From contig CAXBME010000004.1 in assembly GCA_963976765.1 (NCBI GenBank), positions 62,001 through 126,000 of the forward strand: a DNA stretch of 64,000 nt, read 5' to 3'. A model generated the notes under the pieces. The model searched no databases, was not told where the DNA came from, and saw only the letters and a list, made by a program, of their open reading frames with translations. Each line of letters opens with the position of its first letter. Within the stretch, counting starts at the first letter, position 1. A program made the position numbers and the translations under genes. Shown here piece after piece: positions 55,168 through 64,000 of the stretch. This DNA is from an uncultured Planctomycetaceae bacterium. GTDB taxonomy: Bacteria; Planctomycetota; Planctomycetia; Planctomycetales; Planctomycetaceae.

Positions 55168-58032
55168 TCAGATGGGATAGGCGAGCCTGCTGAGCACCGA
55201 AGAATCCAGTACGAACGCTTCGTCAATTTCGTCGATATCTCCGAAGACAACGTTGGAACCGCTTCCACCAGAAAGAGTGTCCGCACCAGCGTTACCCTGC
55301 ACGACGTCGTCATCCTCTTCGCCGAGGGCGATGTCGTCTCCGCTTCCACCGAAGAGCGAATCGTCGCCGTCGCCACCGATAATCGTGTCATCGCCGTCGT
55401 TGCCGTTAAGGATGTCGTCGCCATCGCCGCCACTGATCAGGTCGTTGCCGCCTTCGCCTTTCAGAATGTCATCGCCTTCCCCGGCAACCAGCGTGTCATC
55501 TCCACCACTCCCTTTGATCGTGTCTGAGCCGTCGTCGCCCGCGATGTAGTCTCGCCCGGCATTCCCCTTCAACGAATCGTTTCCCGTTCCGCCACGCATC
55601 ACATCCTGACCAGAACCGCCGAACAGAGTGTCGCTGCCCAGGCCGCCATCCAGCGTGTCGTTGTCAGCCTGACCGTTCAGAGTGTCTGCTCCTCCACCGC
55701 CCAGCAGACTATCCCGACCGGCATTTCCAAAGATAAAGTCGGCACCTTCACCGCCGTCGATCGTATCGTCCTGGTTGCCGCCCATGACCATGTCGTCGCC
55801 GTCGCCGCCGAAGATTCTGTCATCGCCATTCAAGCCGAGGATCGTGTCATTGCCTGTTCCTCCCAGCAGAATGTCGTCTCCGGATTCGCCGTTGATCATG
55901 TCGTCGCCATCGCCACCGTCGATGACATCGCGCGAAGTACCGCCGGTGATGGTGTCATTGTCGGCTCCGCCTTCCAGCAGCAACTGGTAGCCACTGATCG
56001 ACGAACCTGACGCCGAGATTGTGTCGTTGCCGGCGTCGCCTCGAATGTAAAAGCTGGTGAAGCCCGACCCGCTGAGTGTGCCGATCGTGATGGTGTCGTC
56101 GCCGTCACCCCCGTTGAGATCGATGCGTGAAATCGAACTGTCGATCGTGACCGTCGAGGCGCCTTCGTTAACCAGCACGTTGCCGCCGGCCCCTGTGACA
56201 TTAAACGTGTCGTTGGTGACGTCTCCCTGAATCACGACGGTGTCGTATCCTGACGTGTTGGACAACGTGTCGTTCCCTGCCCCGTCGCCTGCCCAGACCA
56301 GTGCATCGACGCCAGCCCCACCGTCAAGAACATCTTCACCGCCTTCGCCATCAAGAGTGTCTTCACCGTCGCCGCCGAACAGGGTGTCGTTATCGTCGCC
56401 GCCAAAGAGCGAATCGTTTCCGCCTCCGCCGTTCAGTGAATCAAGCCCGGCGCCGCCGTAAAGTTCATCGTCGCTGTTGTTGGCGAGGATCGTGTCATTT
56501 CCGCCGTCGCCCGAAAGGGTGTCGGTTTCCATATTGATCAGCGGTGGTGGATTCGGCAGCGGTGGCATTGGATTATTGCCAGGATTCGTCTGCCCACTGG
56601 GCGTTGGATCGTTGTCGGTGATCCGTGCCTCGCCCATGCCATCCTGAATAAGTCCACCAATCGGATTGACCAGATCAACGAAGAAATTTTCGCCGTTGAT
56701 TTCGTCATCAAAGTCGCCAAGGACTGATACGGTAATGACCTTCGAGGTGTCGCCAGTCGTGAACGTCAGCGTCCCGCTGGTCGCCGTGTAATCGCCCGGC
56801 GCAACGGCCAGGCCGTTCCGCGTCTGGTAGCTGACCGAGACCGGGTCGAGGACGGGACCAGTCACCGAAATCGTAAACGCTGCCAGAACGGTTCCAACGT
56901 TGCTTTCAAAGACGGTCGTGTCGCTGATTGAAAATGTCGTTGAGCGAGCGTCGATCAAATCATTGCCTTCGCCGCCGAGAACAGAGTCGAAACCGGCGCC
57001 GGTCAGAATAGTGTCGTTGCCGTCGTTGCCGTGCAGCATATCGTTGTTGCCATCGCCGGAAATCAGGTCGTCATTCGCGCCACCGAACACCGAATCCACG
57101 CCGTTGCCGCCACGGACAAAGTCATTTCCGGCCTGTCCGTTGACGTTGTCGTCACCTTCGCCGCCGTTCAGAGTGTCGTTGCCATCGCCACCGTTGACGG
57201 TATCGTTGCCTGTGCTTCCATCAATGACGTCGTTGCCCGTGCCGCCATCGACCGAGTCCAGGCCGTCGCCTGCGTTGATACTGTCATCGCCGCTGCCTCC
57301 ATTGATGGTGTCGTCTCCCAGGCCACCGGTAACCGAGTCTGCACTCGATCCGGCGTCGATGAAGTCGTTACCACTGTCGCCAGAAATCGTGTCAGAACTG
57401 CTGCCGCCGAGGATCGAATCATTGTCGGCGCCACCAAAGATCAGGTCTGCGCTGCTGCCGCCATCAATCGTGTCTGCGCCCGCTCCGCCGAGTAGCGTGT
57501 CAGAGCCATCGTTGCCGATGATCCGGTCATCACCGCTCTGTCCGTCGATAGAATCTTTGCCGTTTCCACCGTCGAGTGTGTCGTTGTTGTTGCCACCGAT
57601 AATCGTGTCGGCACCGTCACCGCCCAGAATCGACGTCGCGATGTCGTTACTCGCTCGGATAAAGTCTGTGCCGTCGCCGCCGTCCAGCACAATCGAAGTA
57701 ATGGCTGTGTAGAACGACTGATTAACGAGCGAGGCATCGACAAAATTGTTGCCACCGCCAGCAGTCACCACGATTCCCGTCAGTGAACTGGTTGAGAGCG
57801 ATCCCAGCCCGACGAAGTCTTCGAACTGGCCCGTCGAGTTGAATTCGATTCGAACGTTCTGACCCAGTGCACTGATCCGGACGCCCTCATTCGCGTCCAT
57901 CGTGATGTTGAGAACGTTGCTGGAAACAAACGCGTTCACAGACAGCAGCGTCCGGTCCTCAAGTTGTTCAATACTCGGGCGCCGACGAGGAACTCGCCTG
58001 GAAAGTGATCTCAGCCACGGCGTTATTCGCAT
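55168..58032 (-). CDS. RTX-type Ca-binding repeat protein with Calx-beta domain and planctomycete extracellular (LEPR-xLL) N-terminal motif
   Basis: N-terminus RRRPSIEQLEDRTLLS; dozens of GGxGxDx(L/I) nonapeptides; Calx-beta (DYTATSGTLTF...ITDND). Confidence 0.92.
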   Translation of the reverse strand: MRITPWLRSLSRRVPRRRPSIEQLEDRTLLSVNAFVSSNVLNITMDANEGVRISALGQNVRIEFNSTGQFEDFVGLGSLSTSSLTGIVVTAGGGNNFVDASLVNQSFYTAITSIVLDGGDGTDFIRASNDIATSILGGDGADTIIGGNNNDTLDGGNGKDSIDGQSGDDRIIGNDGSDTLLGGAGADTIDGGSSADLIFGGADNDSILGGSSSDTISGDSGNDFIDAGSSADSVTGGLGDDTINGGSGDDSINAGDGLDSVDGGTGNDVIDGSTGNDTVNGGDGNDTLNGGEGDDNVNGQAGNDFVRGGNGVDSVFGGANDDLISGDGNNDMLHGNDGNDTILTGAGFDSVLGGEGNDLIDARSTTFSISDTTVFESNVGTVLAAFTISVTGPVLDPVSVSYQTRNGLAVAPGDYTATSGTLTFTTGDTSKVITVSVLGDFDDEINGENFFVDLVNPIGGLIQDGMGEARITDNDPTPSGQTNPGNNPMPPLPNPPPLINMETDTLSGDGGNDTILANNSDDELYGGAGLDSLNGGGGNDSLFGGDDNDTLFGGDGEDTLDGEGGEDVLDGGAGVDALVWAGDGAGNDTLSNTSGYDTVVIQGDVTNDTFNVTGAGGNVLVNEGASTVTIDSSISRIDLNGGDGDDTITIGTLSGSGFTSFYIRGDAGNDTISASGSSISGYQLLLEGGADNDTITGGTSRDVIDGGDGDDMINGESGDDILLGGTGNDTILGLNGDDRIFGGDGDDMVMGGNQDDTIDGGEGADFIFGNAGRDSLLGGGGADTLNGQADNDTLDGGLGSDTLFGGSGQDVMRGGTGNDSLKGNAGRDYIAGDDGSDTIKGSGGDDTLVAGEGDDILKGEGGNDLISGGDGDDILNGNDGDDTIIGGDGDDSLFGGSGDDIALGEEDDDVVQGNAGADTLSGGSGSNVVFGDIDEIDEAFVLDSSVLSRLAYPI

Positions 58033-58640
58033 GATACCTGGACCTGCTCAATCAGAAGTGTCGCGGTTTTGTGAAACAGTCGGGCATTGCATCGCGCAAT
58101 GAACCACCGCTCGTGAATCTCGAAATTCGCATATCGCAAACCTGCCAAACCGGAGCAACGTAACAACGGCCCGGGTAAGAGAGACGGCTCGGCAGCAGAA
58201 GTGTCAGCAGCGGCAGGTATCGTACCGGGTTTTCGGGCAGACTTTGCAAGTGAAACCTGAGAATCGCGTAATCACCTCAAGATGTTTTCAACTGACGAGT
58301 CGGAACACCTGTCAAACCTGACCGACCAGTTCCTGCCTGGATCGCCGTAAACACGAACTATTCCGATTGCGCTCAAACGCACACTCTGCTCAGTCCAGTT
58401 CAAGCGTGTTTCCAGACCAGCCGTGGACCAGATGTCCGCACGCAGAATCTGTATGAGAAACATGGTGTCGGGTCGTGCAGAACGCGATGGCAGCGCTTGA
58501 GTTCGTTTCGAGGGTCTGAGAGACTCCGCACTTCACGCAGACGAAGGTTGGATTTCACGTCCCCCTGACGGGATCAGCCGTGGATTCAATGAACTCTGAT
58601 CATCACCTCAGGTTGAACCTCAACTCCGGAAGCAGCAGCC

Positions 58641-59657
58641 ATGTCGAACCCACAAATCCTGATGAGTGCCTTTGCCGACGAGGCCGCCAACCGCAAAACG
58701 GCTCTTGAGCAGTTCTCAGCTCTCGCGGCAATCGGGCTGCGGTACTACAGCCCTCGATTTATCGACGTCGATTCTTCCGGCGGGGTGAAGCACGTCGTCG
58801 ATTTGAAAAAGTCCGAATACAAGCAACTGAACAAGCTGCATGACGAATTCGGAATGAGTGTCACGAGTATCGGCTCACGAGTCGGCAAGGTGAAACTGCA
58901 GGACGTCGACGACGGCTCGCACAACAAGTACGTCCCGCTCGACAAGTACCTGAAAACCGAAGTCCAGTCGACAATTGATGCCGCTCTCGCGCTGGACACA
59001 AAACTGGTTCGCGGATTCTCGTTCTACCATCCCGTTGGTTCGAATCCTGAAGATCACATCCCGCAGGCTGTCGACCAGATTGGTCAGATTGCTGATGCCT
59101 GCCAGGCGGCGGGTGTGATCTACGGTCTGGAAATCGAGCCGAATCTGATCGGCGAAACCGGCCCACTGCTCGCGAAAATCGCGAAGAAACTCAAGCATCC
59201 GAACATGGTGCTGATTTACGACGGCGGCAACATCGCTGCTCAAAACAAAGACCGTCTGCAATGCCTGTCCGAGTTCCGCGATATGGTTCCCTACCTCGGC
59301 TGGATGCACGTCAAAGACTACGCCATCGATCGGTCGTTGACGTGGTCGGGTGCGGTGGACGAAGAACGCCTGAAGAATTTTGTGCCCGCCAACGTCGGCG
59401 ACGCCGGACACGAGCAGGTGCTACTGGAACTGCGTGACCATCTACCGAAGCTGACAAAGAAGATGCAGAAACTTGGCGTGCCGGGTTTCTTCCTGGAAGT
59501 CGAACCTCATCTGAAAGGCGGCGGGCAGTTCGGCGGATTCAGCGGTCCAGATGGTGTCGGCGTGGCCGTTCGAGCATTGCGATCCGTGCTGGACTACGTC
59601 GAGATTGACTACGACATTCGAACGTTCGCCGACATCCGAGCCGCTCGCGGTTTCTGA
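58641..59657 (+). CDS. xylose-isomerase-like TIM barrel (sugar phosphate isomerase/epimerase) protein
   Basis: [37 protein letters not shown]. Confidence 0.85.
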   Translation: MSNPQILMSAFADEAANRKTALEQFSALAAIGLRYYSPRFIDVDSSGGVKHVVDLKKSEYKQLNKLHDEFGMSVTSIGSRVGKVKLQDVDDGSHNKYVPLDKYLKTEVQSTIDAALALDTKLVRGFSFYHPVGSNPEDHIPQAVDQIGQIADACQAAGVIYGLEIEPNLIGETGPLLAKIAKKLKHPNMVLIYDGGNIAAQNKDRLQCLSEFRDMVPYLGWMHVKDYAIDRSLTWSGAVDEERLKNFVPANVGDAGHEQVLLELRDHLPKLTKKMQKLGVPGFFLEVEPHLKGGGQFGGFSGPDGVGVAVRALRSVLDYVEIDYDIRTFADIRAARGF

Positions 59658-59676
59658 TTCAGAGAACGTGACTTTC

Positions 59677-59703
59677 GCAGGTCAGGTTCCGCCTGACGAA
59701 GTT
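59677..59703 (+). repeat. single REP-like palindrome (family A)
   Basis: GCAGGTCAGGTTCCGCCTGACGAAGTT; three differences from the reverse complement of 44871-44897. Confidence 0.7.
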
Positions 59704-59738
59704 CTATCCTTAAGAAACTTGAGAACGGAGCGAGCCAG

Positions 59739-60497
59739 ATGTCTGCCTTCCGATTTGCTGCGGCAGGACTTGCCGTCGTGTTGATGCTCGCCTCGGAGAC
59801 CACTGCGCAGAACGAGAAACCTGCAACGAAAACTGACGACGAAGGTCGATACTCGTGGCGGGAGAATCACGATCCCAACGGCATCGGCAAGTTCTACATG
59901 GGGCGAGAGATCGCTCATGTGATGGGCTTTGCCGGTGCCCGGTGGCTGGAGCGAACCGAGCGAGAGGACGAAGAACGACTCACACTGCTGGTCCGATCGC
60001 TGAAACTCAAACCGGGGATGATCGTTGCCGACATCGGCGCCGGCAGTGGAGTTATCTCAATGCTGATGGCCGAACAGCTGCTGCCCGACGGAAAGGTTAT
60101 GGCCGTCGACATTCAGCAGGAAATGCTCAACCGCCTGGCTGATAACTGTAAGAAACGCGGCGTCACCAACGTCATCCCGGTAAAGGGAGAGGCCAAATCT
60201 CCGAACCTGAAACCGGGCAGCGTTGATTTGATCATTCTGGTCGACGTCTACCACGAATTCGAGTTTCCCTACGAGATGACGCTCGAAATGTCGAAGTCGC
60301 TGAAACCCGGCGGACGAATCGCGTGGGTCGAGTATCGGAAAGAGGACCGTACTGTCCCGATCAAGCTGGTCCATAAAATGTCCGAGGCTCAGGTGAAACG
60401 GGAAGCCAGCCAGGAAGGACTCGGTCTGAAATTCGTCGAGACCATCGGCGTGCTGCCTCGACAGCACATCGTCATCTTCGAGAAATCCAATGAGTAA
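59739..60497 (+). CDS. class I SAM-dependent methyltransferase with signal peptide
   Basis: VADIGAGSG, AVDIQ, VDVYHEF, LKPGGR; hydrophobic N-terminus. Confidence 0.9.
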   Translation: MSAFRFAAAGLAVVLMLASETTAQNEKPATKTDDEGRYSWRENHDPNGIGKFYMGREIAHVMGFAGARWLERTEREDEERLTLLVRSLKLKPGMIVADIGAGSGVISMLMAEQLLPDGKVMAVDIQQEMLNRLADNCKKRGVTNVIPVKGEAKSPNLKPGSVDLIILVDVYHEFEFPYEMTLEMSKSLKPGGRIAWVEYRKEDRTVPIKLVHKMSEAQVKREASQEGLGLKFVETIGVLPRQHIVIFEKSNE

Positions 60498-61551
60498 TTC
60501 ACTCTTGCCCGACGAGTTGCGAAACGCCATTGATCGGGTTCCTCGCTTTGCCCTGGCTCATCTTCCGACTCCGCTGGAGCCGCTGCGGAACCTCTCAGAA
60601 AAGCTGGGCGGGCCGACGATCTGGATCAAAAGGGACGACTGCACCGGGCTTTCTTTCGGAGGAAACAAGACGCGGCATAACGAGTTTCTGCTCGGTGCCG
60701 CTCTGGCCGAAGGAGCCGACTACTTCGTGTGGGGCGCCGGCGTGCAGAGCAATAACTGCCGGCAGACGGTGGCGGCCTGCGTCAAAGCGGGTATCCCCAT
60801 TCATCTGGTCCTGAGCCGAGCACACCTTGACGGCCCGGTCGAAACGCAAGGCAACCTGCTGCTTGACCAACTGATGGGAGCGTCGATCGAGTTCGTTGAT
60901 GTCCCGGTCGGGCCAGAACTCGATGCCATCATTGCTGATCGTGCGGAGCAGCTCCGACAACTGGGGCATCGTCCATTCTTCTGGAACCGAAACCCGGTCG
61001 TGCAGATCGCGGCGATCAGCTATGTCGAATGTGCGGTTGAAATTGCCGAACAGTGCCGGAAAGAAAGGTTCGACCCGGCAGCAATCTACGTGAGTTCTTG
61101 TGGATCAACAGGCGCCGGCTTAGCGTTGGGTGTAAAGGCTCTTGGCATGCAGGCACCGCTCCTGAATATCGCGCCACTGACCTGGCCGTGGGACACCGCG
61201 ACCGACATGGCTGAGGTGGCCTGCGATGTCGCCGAACGGTTGCAACTTCCACACCGCCTGAACGCTGCGGAAATCAATCTGTCGGAAGACTACATTGCAC
61301 CTGGGTACGGAACTCCCGGTCCAGACTGTCTGGAAGCCTTGCAGCTGGTGGCCCGAACGGAATCAATCTTTCTGGATCCGATTTACACTGGAAAAGCGAT
61401 GGCCGCGCTGATCAATCACATTCGCCGCGGTGACTTTTCGAGCCACGACAATGTCGTGTTTGTCCACACCGGTGGCACGCCGGTCCTGTTTGCAATGAGC
61501 GAGCAACTGGCAAGTTCAATCCCGCTCCAAACGGGACCATTCCGCGAATAA
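60490..61551 (+). CDS. D-cysteine desulfhydrase / ACC deaminase family PLP enzyme
   Basis: LPTPLE, IKRDD, GGNKTR, QSN, LDPIYTGKA, HTGG. Confidence 0.92.
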   Translation: MSNSLLPDELRNAIDRVPRFALAHLPTPLEPLRNLSEKLGGPTIWIKRDDCTGLSFGGNKTRHNEFLLGAALAEGADYFVWGAGVQSNNCRQTVAACVKAGIPIHLVLSRAHLDGPVETQGNLLLDQLMGASIEFVDVPVGPELDAIIADRAEQLRQLGHRPFFWNRNPVVQIAAISYVECAVEIAEQCRKERFDPAAIYVSSCGSTGAGLALGVKALGMQAPLLNIAPLTWPWDTATDMAEVACDVAERLQLPHRLNAAEINLSEDYIAPGYGTPGPDCLEALQLVARTESIFLDPIYTGKAMAALINHIRRGDFSSHDNVVFVHTGGTPVLFAMSEQLASSIPLQTGPFRE

Positions 61552-61673
61552 GTCGACGCGGCTCTATTGAGTTTTCCCGCCGTTGCCGAGTCATCACACA
61601 GTTGAATCAGTTTCTAAGCTGTACGCGGTCGACGACGGAGCAAATGGCATTTCTTAAATGCCTGAGTGGCGAC

Positions 61674-62003
61674 TCACTTCGCAGGAAGCGATTCGACGAA
61701 TTCTCTGGCGAGGGCCAGCACGGAATCGCGAATTCCGGAGTGGACAATCGCGGCTTCGCTGATGTCGACCATTCCGCCCATGCGACGACCGGTGAAAGAC
61801 ATCGGTTCGACGCCGTCGAGTTCCAGGGCAGCGGCTTCGTTGTCTTTGCCGACCCGGGCCATGCCGCCGGCTTTGTGGACTCCACAAAGCATGTTGCCGT
61901 TCAGCATGAAGCACAGGCCGCCAAACATCTTCTTCTCGGTGATGCCGGCAACGTCTAACAGAGCGTCGCGGAAGATTTGAGCAAGTTCTTCGCTGTAGGC
62001 CAT
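61674..62003 (-). CDS. TfoX/Sxy N-terminal domain protein
   Basis: EKKMFGGLCFMLNGNM, FVESLPAK; start MAYSEELA after GGAG. Confidence 0.9.
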   Translation of the reverse strand: MAYSEELAQIFRDALLDVAGITEKKMFGGLCFMLNGNMLCGVHKAGGMARVGKDNEAAALELDGVEPMSFTGRRMGGMVDISEAAIVHSGIRDSVLALAREFVESLPAK

Positions 62004-62378
62004 TTCAGGCACTCCTGACGTTGGAATTTTTCCGTTCTGACGTTGCTTCAGCTCCGCCAGCCTCTCTGGCTCCGGACAGGATATTGGCCAGTCGGCTCCC
62101 TGCATTCTCATCCTGTTAAGGTTTAACGCGGATGTGTCGAAAACGTGGCTGGCATAACGAAATTAGTTATTCCGAATGGAGTGAATAAAACGATAGAAGC
62201 AATAGTACATATACTCATGAACGATTGTGACAAGGCATTATCAGAACACTGCTTCACCAGGACGACGGTTGAGAAAGCAAGCATCGGCTGTGCTTTCATG
62301 TGTTTCGTCCGGAACTCGCTCTCGAGCCGAGTTTGAGGCTTGAACAAAACTGATCACCATTGGTCCGGAATTACCGAA

Positions 62379-64000
62379 ATGATAAAAACACGTCGCCTCA
62401 GAAGTTTCCGTGGTCTTCGTACGCTGGTGTGTGGCGGGCTGATTCTCGGAACCAGTTCTGCTTTGATGGCTGATCCGTTCGCGAATCAGTTTCCTGATCC
62501 TGATCCGCGGGTCACTAGGGCATTCTCTGAAGAAGCTTCGTCGGCCCGGTCTGAAGGCTCGGGTGACGAACAAAGACACGTTGGCCCCGCTCGGTTGACC
62601 GGTCAGCTGGCCCCATTCGAAGTGGACACCGTCACGAAACCTCACGACGAATACCTGATCGATCTGGTTGGGCACTATTCGAGTATTCCGATGCAGGCCT
62701 CGGACGATGCCGCTGATGGTTCTGCTGCCGCAGCGGGTTGTCGAGCCGGGGCCGGGTGTCGGACGGGTTGCTCGACCGACTGCGGAAGCTGGCTCTGGCG
62801 AGTACCGGAATTGATGGGGGATCAGTTTCGGCTGGGAGGAGCTCATCGAATCACATTTCGACCGCAGGTCGCGAATCCGACTGCCGCGACGGGAATCGTC
62901 GCACTGGATGTTGCCGCTAACCGGCTGGTGTTTGTTGATAATACGGGCACGATGCTTATTCCCGGGAACGCCAACCTGGTGCCGGGTGCGACGTTCGACA
63001 TCTTTCGCGATCCAGGCGGAGCATTGCTGACTCCAACGACCAACGCTCAAGGGTTGACCGGCCACTTTGGCGTGCAGCGACTGCAGAACGACGTTACTTC
63101 GGCAACAACCACGACCGGAACACCGTTCGACGTGCTTGAGTTGAACACGACGGCAACGATCACCGACCCGATCAGCACGGCGATGGCGGTTTCTCCGCTG
63201 CACACGGCTCACCTTCGAGTGATCACCAACACGTCGGCGAACCCAGGCTTCGGAAATGTCGGGCTGGTCAAGCAGGCGATGGGCGGCAGTCCGTTGACTC
63301 GAGACCGGACCTTCTTTCATTACGACTATTTTGATCAGGTCAACCTGGGACCGGGCGCTGACGTCAGCCGTTTCACGCCGGGCTTCGAGAAGCTGATCTT
63401 CGACGACCTGACATCCATCGAACTGCGGGCTCCGTTTGCCTCAACGCTCGATTCGGACATCAATATCAACCGTTCAACGAGCAGCAATGAAGTTGAGTTT
63501 GGTGACATCACGCTGGCTCTGAAACGAGTCCTCGCGCAAGGCGACAGCTGGCTGGTCAGTGCGGGTCTGCAAGTATCACTGCCGACAGCCGACGACCTCA
63601 AGTACAGCGTCACAGACGGCACCAGCACTGGCGAATTCCTGCGGCTGGAAAACGACTCCGTCCATCTGATGCCGTTTCTGGGGGCCGTTCTCACACCGTG
63701 CAGTCGATCATTTCTACAGGCCTTTGTGCAGCTCGACGTGGATGCCAGCGGGCGACCAGTGCTGACAAACGCCAACGCTTTGAACGGAGGATCGCTGTCG
63801 CAGGTCGGCACGCTGAACGACGCGGCGTTTCTCTACGTCGATGTGAACACAGGTTTCTGGCTCGTGCAGGAACCGGAAGACTCGAGCGCCACGATCACCG
63901 GCATCGCGCCGATGGTTGAACTGAACTACAACGCCTCGGTCAGCAATTCGGACCAGGTCACGTTCCTGCCGCTGGGCACGATCGGCCAGCGAGGTCGTGA
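62379..64000 (+). CDS. partial (3' end beyond window) secreted, probable outer-membrane protein of planctomycete type; absent from the ORF track
   Basis: Hand translation of the start, internal segments and window end all fall in one frame: MIKTRRLRSFRGLRTLVCGGLILGTSSALMA signal, PELMGD, RDRTFFHYDYF, RFTPGFEK...SIELRAPF, FGDITLALK, GLQVSLPT, HLMPFLG; every codon was not checked. Confidence 0.8.
   Translation, partial: MIKTRRLRSFRGLRTLVCGGLILGTSSALMADPFANQFPDPDPRVTRAFSEEASSARSEGSGDEQRHVGPARLTGQLAPFEVDTVTKPHDEYLIDLVGHYSSIPMQASDDAADGSAAAAGCRAGAGCRTGCSTDCGSWLWRVPELMGDQFRLGGAHRITFRPQVANPTAATGIVALDVAANRLVFVDNTGTMLIPGNANLVPGATFDIFRDPGGALLTPTTNAQGLTGHFGVQRLQNDVTSATTTTGTPFDVLELNTTATITDPISTAMAVSPLHTAHLRVITNTSANPGFGNVGLVKQAMGGSPLTRDRTFFHYDYFDQVNLGPGADVSRFTPGFEKLIFDDLTSIELRAPFASTLDSDININRSTSSNEVEFGDITLALKRVLAQGDSWLVSAGLQVSLPTADDLKYSVTDGTSTGEFLRLENDSVHLMPFLGAVLTPCSRSFLQAFVQLDVDASGRPVLTNANALNGGSLSQVGTLNDAAFLYVDVNTGFWLVQEPEDSSATITGIAPMVELNYNASVSNSDQVTFLPLGTIGQRGR

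Noticed and set aside
55253..57712. Ser/Pro-rich plus-strand ORFs and periodic DNA that could suggest a repeat array or CRISPR
   Set aside because: Periodicity comes from the 27-nt RTX nonapeptide coding repeats on the minus strand; no identical repeats with unique spacers and no cas genes
58033..58640. 600-nt divergent intergenic region examined for a c-di-GMP or other riboswitch upstream of the RTX gene
   Set aside because: No recognisable aptamer consensus or strong stem by eye; an Rfam/Infernal scan would be needed
62241..63320. 359-aa minus-strand ORF
   Set aside because: Antisense to the plus-strand secreted protein beginning at 62379

Overview
A ~55-58% GC (by eye) chromosomal window from a planctomycete, most likely a marine member of the Planctomycetaceae. 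The clues are the DUF1501/DUF1549-DUF1553 genes, a PVC-type heme protein, an LEPR-xLL-type secreted protein and the planctomycete-style gene order. 0.1-11 kb: purA plus mixed housekeeping and secreted-protein genes. 11.4-29.5 kb (minus strand): the core translation/transcription superoperon tRNA-Thr/Tyr/Gly/Thr-tuf-rpmG-tRNA-Trp-secE-nusG-rplK-rplA-rplJ-rplL-rpoB-rpoC-rpsL-rpsG, ending in a strongly divergent fusA. Directly upstream lies an unusual sigma-70 factor carrying three extra HTH-like modules. 33.8-43.4 kb: a PUL-like sulfated-galactan locus (ECF sigma, FecR-LamG anti-sigma, GH16 kappa-carrageenase-like enzyme, sulfatase, heme/DUF1549-DUF1553 protein, Tat-exported DUF1501) with no SusC/D or TonB receptor. 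43-64 kb: mixed genes, including a Tsr3/DTW-like RNA-modifying enzyme, an Ala-rich coiled-coil protein, a PVC heme protein, family-4 UDG, an orphan EboD-type sugar-phosphate cyclase, an RTX/Calx-beta protein and a truncated probable outer-membrane protein. Three families of REP-like palindromes occupy intergenic spaces. No rRNA, CRISPR array, prophage or transposase is visible. The most notable observations are the carrageenan locus built on DUF1553/DUF1501, the multi-HTH sigma factor, the C-depleted (G+T-rich) sense strand of the tuf-rpl region and the domain-IV-degenerate EF-G.
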